Below the pieces are notes generated by a model, which was not told the origin of the DNA, made no database searches, and was given only the letters and a program-made list of their open reading frames with translations. The position numbers were made by a program, and so were the translations under genes. From Phoronis australis (taxonomy: Eukaryota; Animalia; Phoronida), in assembly GCA_002633005.1 (NCBI GenBank), contig NMRA01000409.1:1-64000 (forward strand): 64,000 nucleotides of DNA, given 5' to 3'. Below are positions 59,201 through 64,000 of this stretch, in pieces (within the stretch, counting starts at the first letter, position 1; each line of letters begins with the position of its first letter).

Positions 59201-62200
59201 CGGATCTAGGGTGCTGGAAAGTGGAGGCTGGTGGGGATAAGCACAATTTTCGAAGGGGATATGTACTGGGGTTCCTAGAACGGCATGTAGACAGCCTTTT
59301 GGTCGTATACGCAGGGGTGGACATGGGGAGAGCTCCCGTGTCCTATGAACTACACGAGGGCACATTTTGCTTGTTAAAAATAAATTCGTTGTTATGATTG
59401 AGGAGTTGGTTTCCTGACAGTGGAGGTGAAATGAGACAATCATTTTCAAATCCCGCGAACCGTACTTGAGTAAAAATTTATAGAAGGTAGACGATATCAA
59501 CCTACATGTAGTTCTTGGAGTTACAACATGGCTCATAGTGGGAGATGGCTGAGCTGACATGGCAGTATTGATGCGTTTTCTTTCAAAAAACTGCCAGTTG
59601 GGCTAGTTTTGTCAGAAAATGGCGATATGTATCAATCGAAAACGCATCATGGTACTTTTTTCGCCTACCGTGTGCAACAGCAGGATCATGATTAAGTTAT
59701 GTTAAGATTTCCGCAGGTAATAGTCATTCGTAACGAGGTGTTTTAAAATAGATTATTTCAGTCACACTGGCATTTTTGTTGATTGACAGGGCGAAACAGT
59801 TTAAACTTCAGTTTCAAATCTTGGTCAAATTTGACGTTCTACGGGATAATCGATGCCTTGAACTTTGCATCCACTAAACAATTCAGCAAACATGTTTCAC
59901 TTCGGAATTCACCTGCAGCATACAATGCGTCTCCATGCCAACGGACTTAAAGCCATTGAATGCGCAGAGTATATTTCATTCATCAAACGTCGATTTAAAT
60001 ATTTTATTGAATCAATGGAGAAGTGACATATCCTGACATCAGCGGACTCGTGTAACCCTACGATACAACAGGTAAAGACAAAAAAGTATGTAACAATTAA
60101 TTCTGATCTGTACCCGACTCATTTTGAGACCTGCGCTATAAAAAATAAGTAATTTCAGTCAAGCTCGCGGTAGAGTTCAGTAGCTGTCTCGTGGCTAGAA
60201 AACAATAGCCAAAACATAAGCTCCTTTAAAATACACGGCAATATCTCACGTAAACTAGCGAAGTGCTGCGTTTTAGCGAGGTCCTAACGCAAACCCTAGC
60301 GTTACTGAGCGTTGCCCTGGTGTTTATTTTTGATAGTCTACACAAAGGCACAAGTGTAAACAAGATACCAACGCCGCGATTTGCCAAGCGATGAGTAAAA
60401 ACAATCACGCATCATTATTGCCTATTCCAAGTGGATTATCTTTATTGAAAAGTCGAATACATATAAGTGCCGCAACACGAACTTGACTTCCAAATAAAGC
60501 GCAGACTACTAACCAATTTTATTTTTGGCCCAGTGTAATTTTCATAAACCATGTTGTCTAGATACACAAAAATTGAATGGGTCACAAGTCACAAAGAGAC
60601 GTCACAGAAATTCGCTGCTGAAAATATTGTCTACGCTGACTGACCATGGCTGTATTGATAATGATTAATAAGCGAAACGAAGTGCACGGAGACGACACGG
60701 ATGCAATGATGCGATTCCTTGCGGATTTCACGACCGCAACCATCATCTTTCGATCAAGGCAAATCCCAGAAACATTTACCTTGTAAAAGACTTTTAAAAC
60801 AAAGCATGCTTTCTTCAACCTGCCCTAGGGACAAGTCGAAATGGCTTAATCGAATTGCGTGGCCTCGTACGATAAAGTCAAATATGAATAATTAATTCAA
60901 ATGGTGCATGATGCCGTTTTAAGCTAACACAGTACGACAAACGAGCCATTCTATATCCAGACATCATGCTGGCACACTGCACAACGTAATTTCGTTTTAC
61001 CAAATGTCATTTTTAAATTCTAGGATATGTCTTGAATGCCAATGTTAGTTGTTGCCTTTTTTTTGTTTTTTGTTGTTGCCTAGTTGCGTAAAAGAGTCGT
61101 GGTAAACACGTTAACCAATCAGTACAATGTGGTCATTTGCAGTGGAATATGTCCGAAAAGAAATTTCCGCAAACACCCTTGTCCCAAATATGACTCTTGG
61201 TCTACTTTCGCAACCCCAAATAAAATGTTCTATAACGTTTCTACGATGAACAGTGTAATTGAGCGACAAACAAAAGCAAGGTATTATAGTAAAGAGACAA
61301 TACATGTAGTTCGTTTCGGCAGGAAATAAACGTGCGTATTGGTCCCCATTCAAAGTGGGTGTGGTTGGCACATTTTTTCGTTCATAGGCTTCAAGTACAA
61401 TAAAGGTGAAGATATGCAATTTTGCAAATACATGTATGCGCACGGGCACGCATTAATAGTAATTCCCACCCTGCTAAGATAGTGTGAGAGTTAGGCGCAA
61501 CAAATACTTCGATGTGGCATGGGGCACTAACGTATTGCTGTGAGCACTCAAAATTAATGACATTGGTAAAGTAAGTTTTAATGATGTCATCGCACCTGAC
61601 ACCATGGTAACGAACGCATGGCAACAAGTTGCAAACGTCAGATCCATTATGAAACAAGGTTTCAAGGATAATCAACATAGAACAGTTCAAAAGAGTCCAC
61701 AAGTGATTGCCTATCCACCGAGATTTTCGAGCAGTCACGTACGACTACTTTTAGCTACCGCTAAACGCCGCATTGGCGAAAACCACGGCGTTAACTTGCG
61801 TTCGTTGAATCTGCTGCTCTCCAAGGACGTCGTCGGTGAAAATGTTCAACTAATCGCCTTCATTACATGAACGCCTAACTCTTAAGGCTCCTGCTGTATT
61901 CTTACACGGTTTCTTTGCACAACCTCAAAGAAACAGAAATTACGTTATCGAACTGCAGTAGAAAATAATGTCTAGGTACGAGCCAAATACAGTACGAGCA
62001 CCGGCTTGAACAATAATTAGGGCCTAACAGTATATAAGAAGGCAGACTTATTACGAGTTGCGACTTCTGTGACCTGTCAGACTGAGGCCACGATTTTAAC
62101 TGTCTCGTGACCAAAATACTTATGCCGTAACAACTGAAGTTCTCACATGCGCAGATAAGACATATGACGGGCGGATAATTTAAAGCTACAAATATCCGAC

Positions 62201-63582
62201 GTGTACCGGATGTCTATCACCGTGTAGGCCTACGGTGTTCACGGTGAACAGTGAGACGTGTTTAGCGATGTTGGTATCTGTCGTGTTTGATGCTCTTACA
62301 TGTAAGTAGCAGCGAGCCGTCTTTATTAGCGAATGCAACAAGCGGGTGTTGTTTCTCACCTTCGTTAATTGTAATATTACAAGCCGGGAAATGTTCGCCC
62401 AGGAATCCGGTAAGCGTTCTTCTCTAACGCCAGTTTTTAAGTGTTGGTTTCACAATGAATGTCTGTTTCGTTTTTCGTTCTTTTCGGCAACCGGCAACAC
62501 CGGAAGCTTGAACATAATGTATGTAGTTGGCTAAAATGAAAATGGAGTTTGACTTTTTACTCATCTAAAATTTCAATTATGATACGACTTGTTTCCTGTT
62601 ACATCTAAACCCTCAACAGATCATAAACGCGTCAGAAAACTGTTGACTTTATTGGCGTTAGCCAACCTTGAAATTCGGAAATGGCGCATAGGGAATTACC
62701 TTCAAAACTAGGTCCGTCACTCGACACACTGGCTGATGAACGCAGTTGACCTAAATTTTCAATCGTGATATTTTGCTCACATGACAGAATCCGTATGTAT
62801 TTTCGGAATATGATTGATGACACTCGATACATATATGTCAAGTTCGGCAAATTATCATATGACACTGATATTCTCTTGCCTTGTCTCGTGTTTAAAACTT
62901 TGCCAAGACTCATTTAACACCGTTTCGGGTTTTGCTTATTAGTATAAACGCCGGAACTACCCGGTCAAATCTCGAAATATGTCACAAGTGACAGATAAAC
63001 AAGGAGGAATGCAGCTTTAAATTTATTGGAGGTTATGTAAGACCGTCGTTTGGGAATAACTTTTATGCGGGCTTTTACAAGTAGGTACGTTAACGTTCTG
63101 TAACAAACCCATTTTCTGGAGGTTTTAATGAAGACGGATTAGAATTGGAAAGAGCAATTTTTATTTGTTGACGAATAATGTGGCTTTTGACGGTTGGAAG
63201 GTCACAACTGCTGCCAAACATGTGAAGCATTCCTTGCGGGCGATGATCGCGAGGTCAGTAGTTCAACGAGTCTCAACGAAGCTGACTCCAGTGAGGACCA
63301 GATATATACTTAGCGTCTCAGACAAGGCAAACATTTTTATAGACATGAGGCAATGCCTTACGTTAAATGTAATGGACATGTACAATGATGTTTATTGAAT
63401 TCCATTTTCCACGCACTCGAGCATGTACAAGAGGAGACTGGGACAAGGCCGCCTCCGTGGGCGTATCTCCACCACCACGCAAGCCCATACAGGCGTTTCA
63501 ATTTTTGGTGTAATATGATTGCTACCTGCAAACGAAAATGCAACAGTATATTTAAAACGTCGTGTTGATTTTGGGAGACCAG

Positions 63583-63983
63583 GGCCCGGTCTCCAATCTT
63601 TTTACTCGAAATGGAACTCGAAATTAGGTTTGGCATTTTCTACTCTACTTTTGGGCGAACTCAAGATAAGTGTCTATTATGTTATGCTTGAGTACACAAT
63701 AACTTACGTAGATAATTTATTGCCCTTAGTTCACAGTTTGTAAACCCAATATTAAAGCAATAAGTTCGAGTTTGAACTCGAAATTTCGACTTTTTACTCG
63801 AGTTTGTAGCACGAATATAAGGGTCTTCAAGGGCAAACTTGAACTAGAAACTCCTATGTATAAACTATAATGTATTCGAGCACAGTGTGATAACCAATTA
63901 TCTTAAGTTCGCACAAAAGGAGCAGAGAAATTGCCAAAAATAGTTTCGAGTTCGTTTCGAGTACAAAGATTAGAGACCGGGCC
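63583..63983. mobile_element. PIF/Harbinger-like MITE with long imperfect TIRs and CAG TSD
   Basis: CAG|GGCCCGGTCTCCAATCTTTTTACTCGAAA...TTTCGAGTACAAAGATTAGAGACCGGGCC|CAG. Confidence 0.85.
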
Positions 63984-64000
63984 CAGATATCCATTTTGCT

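Noticed and set aside
1-64000. CRISPR arrays, operons, prokaryotic defence systems, rRNA
   Set aside because: The sequence is spliced eukaryotic DNA; no regularly spaced repeat-spacer array or rRNA-like segment was seen.

Overview
Eukaryotic (animal, probably invertebrate) AT-rich genomic scaffold with a ~970-bp N gap at 1010-1982. The main feature is a multi-exon GARNL3 orthologue (Rap-GAP + CNH domains) on the minus strand. I traced 19 phase-consistent coding exons from 43456 down to the stop at 10763 (~914 codons); the first exon is unresolved and one intron looks U12-type. A convergent plus-strand 3-exon candidate gene encodes a ~95-aa single-pass membrane microprotein (3466-6289). A young full-length Ty3/gypsy (Mag-like) LTR retrotransposon (17888-22215; 157-bp LTRs, GTCAC TSD, tRNA-Ser PBS) sits antisense in a GARNL3 intron. 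The rest is intronic or intergenic and TE-rich: a BEL/Pao gag fragment, a Penelope remnant with a decayed hammerhead, THAP and probable Academ relics, a tRNA-derived SINE, MITEs with 5-bp or 3-bp TSDs, and a 698-bp foldback element. The least explained signal is a roughly 20-fold excess of the palindrome TACATGTA in non-coding DNA. I found no convincing novel multi-gene system. All family assignments rest on motif recognition by eye; no database searches were run.
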